DNA of 64,000 nucleotides from Nitrospirota bacterium (GCA_963699545.1 CAVOUE010000005.1:32001-96000), one strand, 5' to 3'; positions 9,641 to 19,618 are shown, counted from the stretch's first letter. Notes: generated by a model from the sequence alone, not told the origin. Numbers and translations: made by a program.

Positions 9641-11002
9641 TCAACCGCGGCCGCTCCGTATTTCAAGGTCTGAATCATCGGTTTTCACGCGCGATGAGCG
9701 GGATAAGGAATCCAGCTTCAGGCGAACAATCTGAATGTGCTCTTTCAATATGAACAGCTCATCATAAAAGGCAACGGACATGTGGATACGGCTGACGGCT
9801 TCTTCGATACGATCAAGCCGGACTTGATATGCTGCGATATTTTCAATTGGCCGGTTCTCCAGTATCTCCTTCTCCAGTTTTCGCAGTTCACGATACCAGG
9901 GATAATATTTTGATCTGTTTCGCCAAGTATAGATCCATGGCGCAATCCCAAGTAAAGGTACAATAATTATCGCTAGGGGGATAAGGATGAGGATTAGGCG
10001 CTCAACGAAAGTTGCCGCCCAAAACGGCAGATAGCCATAGAGCCACGATCCTCCCGATTTGTAAAACCGCTGTGCCTGTTCGCTGATCGGGTCATCCTGC
10101 TTGGTGAGACTGGGGAATTCCCCGGCTTTATTAACCCAACTGGCTCCGCCGTAGATTTCTGTGGAAGCCTTCAAGAGCAGATAAACCAAGGCCGGATGGA
10201 GGTCCTTGCGGACGATAAGATTTGTCGTTGGAGACAAAAGGTGCACGTCGGACGGGGGATTCCGCCTTTGTGGATCGATGACGCCCCTCGGCAACACAAC
10301 ATGCGAAAGGTCGGGGAAGCGGCGGGCATAGGCTTCTGCTTGGCTCATGCTCATCAACTTAATATCCTTTGTGTTAAGCAATTCCAAAATTAGCCGGTTA
10401 TCAGGCGAGCCGAAGGTCATGATCGCGTCCACCTTGCCTTGAAGGAGGGCCTGACTTGCCTCGGCAGACGGGAGATCAAGGAATCCGGTTGGCGGACCAA
10501 TCACACCGGCTACCTTCAGCAATTCAATGGAAAATTGCCTGACGCCGCTTCCTTTTGGCCCAATCGCAATCCGTTTCCCCTGCAATTGCGTCAGATCGTC
10601 GTAAGTATCCTTCCCACGGTAGAAGATCCACAATGGTGTGTAAGTCAGACCACCGAGGGACACAAGATTTGAGGATTCCTCGATACTGCCCACGGTGCCC
10701 TGAACGAACCCCGCTTCCACCGCTTGGGATCTGTCCTTGAGGAGCCTCAGGTTCTCCACGGCCCCTGGTGTCGAACGTAGTAAAACCTGAATGCCGTTGC
10801 GGGCCAGTGCTTGTCGATAAAGCTCACCGAATGCGGCATACGATCCACCCACCATGCCGGTGGCCATAATCAGCGTTTTCGGCGGGAAGGGTTGAAGAAA
10901 ACGATAGCTCATCCAGGATAAAGACATGGTGATCAACAGAATCACAAAAATCGTAAGCGACCACGCGCTTAACGTCAGTTGCCTAATTTTTTGACGACCC
11001 AT
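9641..11002 (-). CDS. TAXI-family TRAP solute-binding protein with C-terminal TM extension
   Basis: MATGMVGGSY, STPGAVENLRLL, GKRIAIGPKGSG, YLPFWAA motifs. Confidence 0.85.
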   Translation of the reverse strand: MGRQKIRQLTLSAWSLTIFVILLITMSLSWMSYRFLQPFPPKTLIMATGMVGGSYAAFGELYRQALARNGIQVLLRSTPGAVENLRLLKDRSQAVEAGFVQGTVGSIEESSNLVSLGGLTYTPLWIFYRGKDTYDDLTQLQGKRIAIGPKGSGVRQFSIELLKVAGVIGPPTGFLDLPSAEASQALLQGKVDAIMTFGSPDNRLILELLNTKDIKLMSMSQAEAYARRFPDLSHVVLPRGVIDPQRRNPPSDVHLLSPTTNLIVRKDLHPALVYLLLKASTEIYGGASWVNKAGEFPSLTKQDDPISEQAQRFYKSGGSWLYGYLPFWAATFVERLILILIPLAIIIVPLLGIAPWIYTWRNRSKYYPWYRELRKLEKEILENRPIENIAAYQVRLDRIEEAVSRIHMSVAFYDELFILKEHIQIVRLKLDSLSRSSRVKTDDSDLEIRSGRG

Positions 11003-11448
11003 CGTTTATCTCTCTGAGCCTACGTTTATTAGGATTATATTACATTACGTATAATAGGGGTCAAATCTCAATATTATAATACAATCCCAGAAAGTCTAAT
11101 GAACTGAGCGTTTTTCGTGACAAAATAAGTATCCTTCATTGGTTTCGCTCTGTTATCTCGAATCAGCTCACAAATCTTATCGTGCAGCGCTATCGGTCAT
11201 ATTGGCCTTCTGTGGTGATAAGGATTAAAGACGAAGTTCACATGCAATGGAGATTTGTTTGGTGTTGATTTCCGAAGGTACTTTGCGGTCCTCGACCTGA
11301 TTCCGTCAGCGCGGACTTCAGGAAATACTTCGCAACTGGGCGTGGCGTCAATTTTAGATGAGAAAGCTTTTTTTGCATTTAAGGTTTCTGTGAGGTACAA
11401 TAAAAAAAACGATCCAGCGTCGCTGATCTTCTCCTGAGGAGGGTTTGA

Positions 11449-12916
11449 ATGTTCAAAGGGAACCAGGGCTTTGCAAAGAAATTCTCGATGGCTGCCACAT
11501 GTATGCTGGTCGCGACGATGCTTTTTCAGGGGATGGCCCTGGGTGCGGAGTCTTTCTGGGATACCCTGAACCAGCCGAAGGTGAGGAAAGCGGTTCCCCT
11601 CACCAATGAGACGGTGGCGAACCTGGTGGAGAAACTGAAGCCCGCTGTGGTGAATATCAGCGTGACAGAGGTTATAAAGACGGGGAGTCCCCAGGGATTT
11701 TCCGCACCCTTTGAGAAACGATGATCAGTTCAAGGAGTTTTGGAAGCGGTTCTTCGGAAACCAGGAGCCCAGGGAGTTCAAGAGAAAAGGGCTGGGATCA
11801 GGGTTCATCATAAACAGGGAAGGATATATCGTGACCAACAACCATGTGGTTCAGAAAGCGAAAGATATTACGGTGATCCTCGACAATAAGGAGCAGTACC
11901 CTGCCAGGGTCATCGGGACAGACCCCAAGACCGACATAGCCCTTATTAAGATCGAGGCAAAAAGGGACCTCGTCAGCGCGCCTCTCGGTGATTCCGATGC
12001 ATTAAAGGATGGAGAATCTGTTATCGCCATCGGGAATCCCTTCGGCCTTGCGGAAACCGTTACGTCAGGGATCGTGAGCGCAAAGGGCCGCACGATCGGC
12101 GCAGGGCCATATGATGATTTTATCCAGACGGACGCATCCATCAACCCCGGGAACAGCGGTGGCCCGTTGATGAACTATTACGGTGAGGTGGTGGGCATCA
12201 ATACCGCGATAGTGGCATCGGGGCAGGGCATCGGATTTGCGGTGCCGATAAATATGGCCAAGGAAATTCTTGTTCAGCTCAGGGAGAAGGGCAGGGTGAC
12301 CAGAGGGTGGCTTGGTGTCTCGATCCAGGAAATCACCCCTGAACTTGCGAAGTCCTTCGGGTTGCAGGGAGAGAAGGGAGCTCTCATCTCCGACGTGATC
12401 CCCGGGGGGCCCGGCGGAGAAAGCGGGGTTCAAGAGAGGGGATGTTATTCTTGAGCTCAACGGAAAGGCACTGAAGGACTACCACGACCTGCCGCGGATG
12501 GTCGCCTCAATACCGCCAGGTGAAAAGGTGATGTTCAAGGTGCTCAGGGACGGCAAGGAGATGATGGTCCCGGCTACCGTGGGTGAATTGAAAGATGAAG
12601 GTGCGGCAAAACCCCCGAAGAGGTGGAGAACCGCATGGGCGTCTCGTTACAGACGGTCACTCCTGAGATCGCTGCGGAGCTGGGAATGAAGAAAGCTGAA
12701 GGTGTCGTGGTCACCAACGTGGAGCAAGGGGGACTGGCAGGGGAAGCGGGCATTCAGAGAGGAGATGTCATTCTCGAGGTGGACCGGAATCCGGTGAACA
12801 GCCCGAAGGAGTTCAATGAGGTTGTCAAGAAAGCAGATAAGTCTCTGCTTTTCCTTGTATACCGGGGTGCGGCCACCTTTTATGTAACGATAAGAATTTC
12901 TCCGGAAGGGAACTGA
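11449..12916 (+). CDS. degP: Do/DegQ (HtrA) serine endoprotease with 2 PDZ domains, split by ~3 frameshifts
   Basis: [39 protein letters not shown] segments; breaks near 11710, 12410 and 12612. Confidence 0.9.
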
Positions 12917-12923
12917 GGGCAGA

Positions 12924-13340
12924 ATGATCTATGTCCAGGACTATGACGCGGTACTTCAGAAGATCGGGGCGGAATATATCGTTTCCGCCGTTCACTACGT
13001 GCGTGATCTGATATCGTGGTCAAGGGAGAAAGGGGTCGCCCTGAACGAACCGTCCCAGACCATGAAACTCTTCACCGAGGGGAAGCGCCTTATGATGTTC
13101 GTTCAGTCCGAGATCCCGGAAACGGTCTTTGACGATATTGTCAGGGCCTTGAGCGTGAGGTGGTCCATGAAGGACAATATCACCGATCCCGCCGTCTCTC
13201 TGAACAGTGTCAAGAAGCGGCTTGCATACTGTTTTCTCAAAGAGTGTGCAAGGACGGTAAAAGACGTGGCCGGAGACGAACTGCTGGAAGACGAATGGAC
13301 CATGCAGGAGATGGAGAAACTGGGATTTTTCAGGGAATAG
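12924..13340 (+). CDS. Hypothetical protein
   Basis: RBS GAGGG; in-operon ORF of 138 aa. Confidence 0.7.
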   Translation: MIYVQDYDAVLQKIGAEYIVSAVHYVRDLISWSREKGVALNEPSQTMKLFTEGKRLMMFVQSEIPETVFDDIVRALSVRWSMKDNITDPAVSLNSVKKRLAYCFLKECARTVKDVAGDELLEDEWTMQEMEKLGFFRE

Positions 13341-13386
13341 AGCTGCACTTGATCCCCTGATCTTTCCGGTCACGATGTGACATTCC

Positions 13387-14061
13387 ATGAGCGCTCTGCG
13401 GGAAGATAGTGCCCTGCGGGACAGAGTTTCTGTCTTTGAGGACAGGAAGGATGCAGGAAGACTCCTCGCAGAACATCTTGTCATGTACAGAGGCGCCGAT
13501 GGCATTGTCCTCGCGATACCCTCCGGGGGCGTGCCGGTTGCCGTCGAAATCTCATCCTCCCTTGATCTACGCCTGGAGCTGATCATCGTAAGAAAGTTGC
13601 AGATACCCTACAACGCCGAGGCTGGTTTCGGCGCCATGGCACCGGACGGAGGGATCATCCTCAATGAAGGATTATTGGAGCGCCTGGGGTTGTCAGGAGA
13701 GGAGATCGACATGCAGGTAGAGAAGACGAGGGACACCATCGAAAGAAGGAACAGGATATTCAGGGGCGGGAGGCCTTTCCCCAAGGTCGAAGACAGGACG
13801 GTCATTATAGTGGATGACGGATTGGCGTCGGGATACACGATGCTGTCAGCTGTCAGGTTCTTGCGCAGGATGGCACCGAAGACCGTTGTTGCGGCGGTCC
13901 CCACCGGTTCAAAGAGAACCGTGGATGCTCTCCTACCGGAGGTCGACGAACTCCTCTGTCTTAATATCAGGAGCGGTCCTTCTTTCGCGGTGGCGGATGC
14001 ATACAGGAACTGGCATGACCTTGACGACAAAGAGGTGCTATCCCTCCTGGAAAGGCGGTAG
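13387..14061 (+). CDS. Phosphoribosyltransferase family protein
   Basis: FEDRKDAG, LAIPSGGVPVA, PRPP-binding VIIVDDGLASGYT. Confidence 0.9.
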   Translation: MSALREDSALRDRVSVFEDRKDAGRLLAEHLVMYRGADGIVLAIPSGGVPVAVEISSSLDLRLELIIVRKLQIPYNAEAGFGAMAPDGGIILNEGLLERLGLSGEEIDMQVEKTRDTIERRNRIFRGGRPFPKVEDRTVIIVDDGLASGYTMLSAVRFLRRMAPKTVVAAVPTGSKRTVDALLPEVDELLCLNIRSGPSFAVADAYRNWHDLDDKEVLSLLERR

Positions 14062-14194
14062 CCGGTCGTTGCGGAGACATTCATGGCGCTCGGCAATTCG
14101 GAGCGTACCCTTATGGTGCCTGTTTGGGTTGAAATGGTTTCGGTCTTTCTGTACAATTGAGTATTCATTCGTATAATGAAAGGAGGTGAAAGGA

Positions 14195-14584
14195 ATGAAA
14201 GTTCTGAAGATAGTGCTACTCTCCATGATCGTTACGAGTCTTATTTTCTCTGTTGCCTTTGCTGCAGGCAATGCGGAAAAGGGTAAGGCGATGTTCAACG
14301 ATCCGAAGGCGTTCGGAGGCCAGAAGGCATGCAGTTCATGCCACCCGGGCGGGAAAGGTCTTGAGAAAGCGGGTGAGAAGAAAGACTGGAGCACACCTGC
14401 GGGAAAGACCAAGACCCTGGAAGAGGCTGTCAATCTCTGTATCGTCAATGCCAACAAGGGTAAGGCCCTTGATGTAAAATCGGAGCAGATGGCGGACGTA
14501 GTTGCCTTCATCAAGTCATTAGGCAAGAAAGCGGCGGCTCCTGCAAAGGAAATGCCGAAGAAGGAGAAGGCTGCTGGATATTAG
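14195..14584 (+). CDS. Periplasmic monoheme cytochrome c
   Basis: Signal peptide, GNAEKGKAMF, CSSCH heme motif; RBS AGGAGG (alternative GTG start at 14186). Confidence 0.85.
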   Translation: MKVLKIVLLSMIVTSLIFSVAFAAGNAEKGKAMFNDPKAFGGQKACSSCHPGGKGLEKAGEKKDWSTPAGKTKTLEEAVNLCIVNANKGKALDVKSEQMADVVAFIKSLGKKAAAPAKEMPKKEKAAGY

Positions 14585-14591
14585 AGCACCG

Positions 14592-14621
14592 CAAAGGGAG
14601 GGAAGACAATCCCTCCCTTTG
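14592..14621 (+). terminator. Stem-loop, probable intrinsic terminator
   Basis: CAAAGGGAGGGA-agacaa-TCCCTCCCTTTG perfect stem. Confidence 0.7.
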
Positions 14622-14817
14622 GTTCAGTCATCCCCCTGCGCTTTTCCTCTGGAGACATTCGGGACGATAAGAAGAATCTCACCTCTTTTTGTTCGTCGTT
14701 TGACCATCATCAAATTTCCGGAGCTGATCTGTCTGATTGCAGAATGCTTGCAGGCATGATATTTTTGTGGTAAAAAGAAAGCAGTGAAATAATGTTCCAG
14801 AAAGGAGGTCAAACGCA

Positions 14818-15252
14818 ATGAAGAAGTCGATAGAAGCATCGGAAGAGTTTCTGAGCATTATCAGGGAATGGCAGGCATTGGAAGAGAAGACCATCGCCAG
14901 CGCCGATGAGCTGATGAAGAAAGGGAAGAACCCCCTGGTGAGCATGACCATGGAAATGATCAAGCATGACTCCGGAAAGCATAAGGTGATGCTCAAGATG
15001 ATCGTCGACAACCTCACGAAGGAGGCGGTGCATCTCAGCCCCGACGAGCTTGCGCCGGTCTCTGCTCTCCTGAGCAGGCATATGGAAGTGGAGGCGAAGT
15101 CCATAGCCCTGGCCAACGATGCCCTGCAGAAGAGCGATCGTATGTTCACGCGGTATGTCCTTTCCGCGCTTCTGGATGATGAGACGAAACACCACAGCCA
15201 GCTGCATACCCTGAACGAAGAGTTGAAGAAGTCGACGATATTCGTATCGTAG
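14818..15252 (+). CDS. Ferritin-like four-helix-bundle protein
   Basis: Paired E..(D/E)xxH-like motifs (LEE...HDSGKH; VEA...DETKHH); RBS AGGAGG. Confidence 0.7.
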   Translation: MKKSIEASEEFLSIIREWQALEEKTIASADELMKKGKNPLVSMTMEMIKHDSGKHKVMLKMIVDNLTKEAVHLSPDELAPVSALLSRHMEVEAKSIALANDALQKSDRMFTRYVLSALLDDETKHHSQLHTLNEELKKSTIFVS

Positions 15253-15315
15253 ACCGGGACAGGGGGAAGATGTTCTTTCCTCCCCTCGTCCCTTGCCCCT
15301 CCTTTTATAGCACGG

Positions 15316-15343
15316 TTGACAAACGGAACAGACTTGCTAAGAT
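15316..15343 (+). promoter_or_regulatory. Sigma70 promoter for the peptide/radical SAM locus
   Basis: TTGACA-N16-TAAGAT with TG extension. Confidence 0.6.
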
Positions 15344-15411
15344 ATCGGTATAAGCTATGCAGGTGCTGTTGAGCATAGCAGTAACCTGTGCAGGGGAGGA
15401 GGTGAGGCAGG

Positions 15412-15534
15412 ATGAAAAAGACAGTGAGCAAGAAGGCTCTTGTCAAGGAGGCTGCCTTCTGGAGCGATTTCAGCAGGGCGGTAAAGGAAAATCCTGGCAA
15501 GGTATGCCACAAATGAAAGAGTTGAAAGAGCTAA
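15412..15534 (+). CDS. Putative RiPP precursor selenopeptide, 40 aa if both in-frame TGA are Sec: MKKTVSKKALVKEAAFWSDFSRAVKENPGKVCHKUKSUKS
   Basis: Strong RBS GGAGGAGGTG; TGA at 15514 and 15523 in C-x-x-U-x-x-U register, TAA at 15532; SECIS-like hairpin follows; next gene is radical SAM/SPASM. Confidence 0.75.
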
Positions 15535-15552
15535 CGTTGCTGGTCAGCAACG
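15535..15552 (+). promoter_or_regulatory. Bacterial SECIS-like hairpin
   Basis: CGTTGC-TGGTCA-GCAACG resembles the E. coli fdhF upper SECIS stem (GGTTGC-AGGTCT-GCACC); starts 9 nt after the second TGA. Confidence 0.65.
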
Positions 15553-15562
15553 AAGAGGCGAA

Positions 15563-15629
15563 GGCAGATACGGCAGGGGGACCGTTCAGAGTGAAATATA
15601 CCTTGCTGCTGTATCTGCCGCTTTTATTT
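15563..15629 (+). terminator. Long hairpin plus T-tract between precursor and maturase (terminator/attenuator or mRNA stabiliser)
   Basis: GGCAGATACGGCAG pairs with CTGCTGTATCTGCC (14 bp, one G-U), then GCTTTTATTT. Confidence 0.6.
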
Positions 15630-15667
15630 GGGGGGCGTGTGTCTATCCGTTCCGTGTCTAAGAGAGG

Positions 15668-16738
15668 ATGAATGAGGTTTTAAGTATGTCGATCAATCAG
15701 GCTCACGATTTTTTTGTTCAGTGGCATCTCACCGAGAGGTGCAACCTCAGCTGCACCCACTGTTATCAGACAGGCAAGGGGAGCGATGAGACGCCCCTGG
15801 AGGATATAAAGGCGACGATCGGCGAAATTGAGGAGATGCTCAAGGCATGGTCCGACGCCTATGGCATTGATTTCCGGCCGAGTTTTAATATCACGGGCGG
15901 CGAGCCGTTCCTGCACAGGGATCTCTTTGAGATACTGGAAGACCTGAGGAGGAGACACTTCGACGTCTATCTTCTTTCCAACGGCACTCTCATTAATGAG
16001 GAAAAGGCAAGACTTCTGTCATGGCTTGGCGTGAAGGGTGTTCAGGTGAGCATCGAGGGGCCGGAAGCTGTCCACGAGAGCATAAGGGGGAAGGGCAGTT
16101 TTGTCTCATCGCTGCGGGGTGTAAGGCATCTCATTGATGCCGGAGTAGCAGTAAGCCTGAATGCGACACTGTCCGGGATCAACGCCGCGTATTTCAGGGA
16201 AATGATTGATCTCTCATTGTCCCTCGGAGTTCAGAAGCTGGGTTTTTCAAGACTCGTACCTTCCGGGAGAGGTGCGGATCTTCTGAATAAAATGCTGCCG
16301 AAAGAAACAGTGAAAAGGATGTATGAGCAGATTTTTTCTCATAAGGCAAACGGGCTGGAGATCGTCACCGGAGACCCTGTGGCAGTGCAGCTGGCCTCAC
16401 CGTGTGATGGATCCGACTCAGGCTCCTTTCCCACGGGGGGATGTGCCGCCGGTGTTTCCGGTTTCACCATCCTTGCTGACGGGACCATGACCCCGTGCAG
16501 GAGGTTGCCGATATCTGTTGGAAATGTGAGGAAGGATGCCCTGCGGGAGGTCTGGGCGACCTCGGGAGTCCTGGAGGCACTCAGGGACAGGTCCGGATAC
16601 AAGGGGAAATGCGGGGCCTGCAAGAGATGGGCCAATTGCAGGGGCTGCAGGGCGATCGCGTACGCCTATTCCTGTGCGCAAGGGGAAAAGGATTTCCTTG
16701 CAGAAGATCCGCAGTGTTTCATTGACGAGGGATTGTGA
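15668..16738 (+). CDS. Radical SAM/SPASM domain protein, probable peptide maturase
   Basis: CNLSCTHC (CX3CX2C), TGGEPF, SPASM Cys set GGCAAG...PCRR...CGACKRWANCRGCRA...DPQC. Confidence 0.93.
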   Translation: MNEVLSMSINQAHDFFVQWHLTERCNLSCTHCYQTGKGSDETPLEDIKATIGEIEEMLKAWSDAYGIDFRPSFNITGGEPFLHRDLFEILEDLRRRHFDVYLLSNGTLINEEKARLLSWLGVKGVQVSIEGPEAVHESIRGKGSFVSSLRGVRHLIDAGVAVSLNATLSGINAAYFREMIDLSLSLGVQKLGFSRLVPSGRGADLLNKMLPKETVKRMYEQIFSHKANGLEIVTGDPVAVQLASPCDGSDSGSFPTGGCAAGVSGFTILADGTMTPCRRLPISVGNVRKDALREVWATSGVLEALRDRSGYKGKCGACKRWANCRGCRAIAYAYSCAQGEKDFLAEDPQCFIDEGL

Positions 16739-16794
16739 CCGCAGAGGATCGAGCCGCGACCGGGCCGACCTAAAGAGCTTCGGAAGGACATGAG

Positions 16795-18765
16795 ATGAAC
16801 AGGCTCTCAAAGGAAAAGGCTGCCTACCTGAAACACTCTGCATCTCAGCGGATCGACTGGTATCCCTGGTGCGAAGAGGCATTCCAGAGGGCACGGACAG
16901 AGGATAAACCCGTGTTCCTGAGCTCAGGGGCGATATGGTGCCACTGGTGTCACGTGATGGCGAAGGAATGCTTCGAGGACGACGAAGTAGTAAGGCTTCT
17001 CAACGAGAAATGCATCAATATTAAGCTGGACAGGGACGAAAGGCCTGATATCGACCGTGTTTACCAACAAGCGGTGTCAGCCATGGGCTCCAGCGGCGGC
17101 TGGCCTCTCAGCGTATTCCTCACCCCCGATAAAAAACCCTTTTTCGGCGGCACGTATTTCCCTCCTGAGGACACCCAGGGGAGGCCTGGATTCAAGAAGG
17201 TGGTGAGAACAGTGGTGGACTATTACCATTCAAACGGAGACGAGATATCCGGGTATGTCACAAAGCTCATGGATTTTCTGAAGCCCCAGCACCCTTTGCC
17301 CGCAACGATCAGGGAATCCTTCATCGAAGATGCGGTGACTGCTATCCTTTCCGAATTCGATCCTCAGAACTGCGGCTTCGGGACCTCACCAAAATTCCCC
17401 ATGCCGGGGGCGATGGAATTCCTTATAGGGAGATATTTTATCGCCAGAGATGAATCTGTCGGTCTTACCATAAGAAAGACCCTGGAGTCCATGGCTAGGG
17501 GAGGATTCCACGACCATCTGGGAGGCGGCTTCCACCGGTACTCGGTGGATGAGTCGTGGATTATCCCTCACTTCGAAAAAATGGCGGATGACAACGCATG
17601 GTTACTGAGGAATTATATCGATGCATATTGTCTGTTCAAGGATGACTTCTTCAGGGATACTGCGGAAGGTATACTTCGATTTGTTCATGACGTGCTTTCT
17701 GATCCCGAAGGCGGGTATTATGCGAGCCAGGATGCTGATGTCACTCCCGATGACGAAGGGGGCTATTTCACATGGACCCGGGATGACTTCAAAAGGGCCC
17801 TCAACAGTGAGGAGCACAGGATACTCTCCCTGCATCTCTTCCATGAGAGGGGCTCCATGCACCATGACAGCTCAAAGAGGGTGTTGTTCATGGCAACGGA
17901 CCCGGCGGAGATCGCCCGGGACCTGGGCATGGAGGCAAGAACCGTTCGTGAAATCATCTCCTCCGGCAAGAAAAAGCTGCTCGCGGAGAGACGAAAGCGG
18001 GAGTTTCCTCTCATTGACAGGACACTTTACACATCCCTCAACGGGCTGTTCATCACATCGTATCTGAAGGCTTACAGGGCGCTGAAGATGAAGCCCCTCA
18101 GAGAGTTCGCCCTGAAGAGTCTCAGCAGGATAATGGACATCCATTACAGAGGCGGCGCGCTCTTCCATACAAAGGGCGTGAAGGCGTTCCTGGATGATTA
18201 TATGGAGATCATTGATGCCCATTTAGCCGCCTATGAAATAACCGGCGAGGAGAAGTACCGCGCCTCTGCCGAGGCACTGATGGAGCGGTGTATCGGAAAT
18301 TTCTGGGACAGGGAAGGGGGCGGATTCTTTGAAACAGAGGATGAGATCGTCGGGATGCGGCTTAAAGGGATCGAAGACATCCCGCACCCATCGCCAAATG
18401 CCCTCGGCATAGCGAACCTGACGAGACTTTACTCCATGACAGATAAGGATGGCTATCGTCGCCGTGCGGAAGAGGCTTTGGCGTCATTCTCCTTGAGGGC
18501 AAAGGACATGGGTATTCATTCAGGATATTACGCCCGGGCACTGCATGTTTTTTATCATATGATAAAACTCGGCGTACAAGCGTCGCCGCAAAGCAGTTTC
18601 GCGGATGCCGCACTGTCGACCTTCAATCCTTTTGTCACAATTACGTATGGTTTGGACAGAGGGTATGTCACTCCCTGTAAAGGAGGTTCCTGTCATGAAG
18701 CCCTTTACTCCGCCGAGAGTCTCAGGGAATTTCTCACAGAGACCGCGCGTCATTGGAGGCCTTAG
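16795..18765 (+). CDS. Thioredoxin-domain protein, YyaL/SSP411 (DUF255) family
   Basis: MNRLSKEK, WCHWCHVMAKECF, DRDERPDID, GGWPL, GGFHRYSVD, PHFEKM. Confidence 0.92.
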   Translation: MNRLSKEKAAYLKHSASQRIDWYPWCEEAFQRARTEDKPVFLSSGAIWCHWCHVMAKECFEDDEVVRLLNEKCINIKLDRDERPDIDRVYQQAVSAMGSSGGWPLSVFLTPDKKPFFGGTYFPPEDTQGRPGFKKVVRTVVDYYHSNGDEISGYVTKLMDFLKPQHPLPATIRESFIEDAVTAILSEFDPQNCGFGTSPKFPMPGAMEFLIGRYFIARDESVGLTIRKTLESMARGGFHDHLGGGFHRYSVDESWIIPHFEKMADDNAWLLRNYIDAYCLFKDDFFRDTAEGILRFVHDVLSDPEGGYYASQDADVTPDDEGGYFTWTRDDFKRALNSEEHRILSLHLFHERGSMHHDSSKRVLFMATDPAEIARDLGMEARTVREIISSGKKKLLAERRKREFPLIDRTLYTSLNGLFITSYLKAYRALKMKPLREFALKSLSRIMDIHYRGGALFHTKGVKAFLDDYMEIIDAHLAAYEITGEEKYRASAEALMERCIGNFWDREGGGFFETEDEIVGMRLKGIEDIPHPSPNALGIANLTRLYSMTDKDGYRRRAEEALASFSLRAKDMGIHSGYYARALHVFYHMIKLGVQASPQSSFADAALSTFNPFVTITYGLDRGYVTPCKGGSCHEALYSAESLREFLTETARHWRP

Positions 18766-18925
18766 GGACTCCCTGACAGTGAGATGACGCCGCGACATCT
18801 CCGGCAAGGTCGCTGAACCAAAATCGCCGCGGTTCGTATCGGTCTTGACAATGTTTCGAAATGGGGTAAGCTAAAATAAAGTGTTGCGGAATAATTGACA
18901 TTGCGAGCAAAAGGAGGAAAAGGAA

Positions 18926-19504
18926 ATGCCGTACGCTGCGAAGGATTATGCCAGGCTTATCGGAATGGAGGGATTCAGCGAAACCCTCCTGAAGAACCAC
19001 TTCACCCTTTATCAGGGTTATGTGACGAACACGAACAAAGTGATGGATCTGCTGGATCAGATGCTGAAAGACGGAAAGACCGCTACGCCGGAATTCGCCG
19101 AACTCAAGAGGAGGCTGGGCTGGGAATTTAACGGAATGAGGCTCCATGAATATTATTTCGAAAACCTCGGCGGAAAAGGCGGGATCAACAAGGACGGAAA
19201 GCTTGCGAAAAAGATGGCGTCTGACTTCGGGAGCTACGAGGCATGGGAAAAGGACTTCAAGGGGACAGGAACCATGAGGGGCATCGGGTGGGTCGTTCTT
19301 TACCAGGACAGCGCCAATGGCAGACTCATCAACTTCTGGGTAAATGAACACGATGTCTCGCATCCTGCGGGATGTAATCCCGTCCTCATCATGGATGTGT
19401 TTGAGCATGCCTTCATGCTCGATTACGGACTGAAAAGAGCAGACTACATAGAGGCATTCTTTAAGAACATCGAGGGAAAGGCGGCAGAGGCAAGACTGAG
19501 GTGA
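18926..19504 (+). CDS. Fe/Mn superoxide dismutase
   Basis: Metal ligands in KNHFTLYQGYV, RLHEYYF, DVFEHAF; GIGW motif. Confidence 0.9.
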   Translation: MPYAAKDYARLIGMEGFSETLLKNHFTLYQGYVTNTNKVMDLLDQMLKDGKTATPEFAELKRRLGWEFNGMRLHEYYFENLGGKGGINKDGKLAKKMASDFGSYEAWEKDFKGTGTMRGIGWVVLYQDSANGRLINFWVNEHDVSHPAGCNPVLIMDVFEHAFMLDYGLKRADYIEAFFKNIEGKAAEARLR

Positions 19505-19584
19505 CCAGCGGTATGTGGTCAGAAGTTCCGTCAACATGAGGGAACTACCAGGGGCCGTCTTGCCCTTTGGCTGATCTCAAGGTC

Positions 19585-19618
19585 AGAAACCCCTCCTGTT
19601 CCGGAGGGGTTTCTTTTT
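19585..19618 (+). terminator. Intrinsic terminator
   Basis: AGAAACCCCTCC-tgttcc-GGAGGGGTTTCT plus TTTT. Confidence 0.8.

Noticed and set aside
14679-15512. 277-aa minus-strand ORF
   Set aside because: Antisense to the ferritin-like gene and the peptide locus; implausible composition
15357-15671. 104-aa ORF in the track overlapping the peptide locus
   Set aside because: No RBS and it runs through the hairpins; the SD at ~15394-15403 fits ATG 15412 in another frame
16795-18765. YyaL/DUF255 gene as part of the seleno-RiPP system
   Set aside because: Widespread stand-alone family; adjacency alone is insufficient without synteny data
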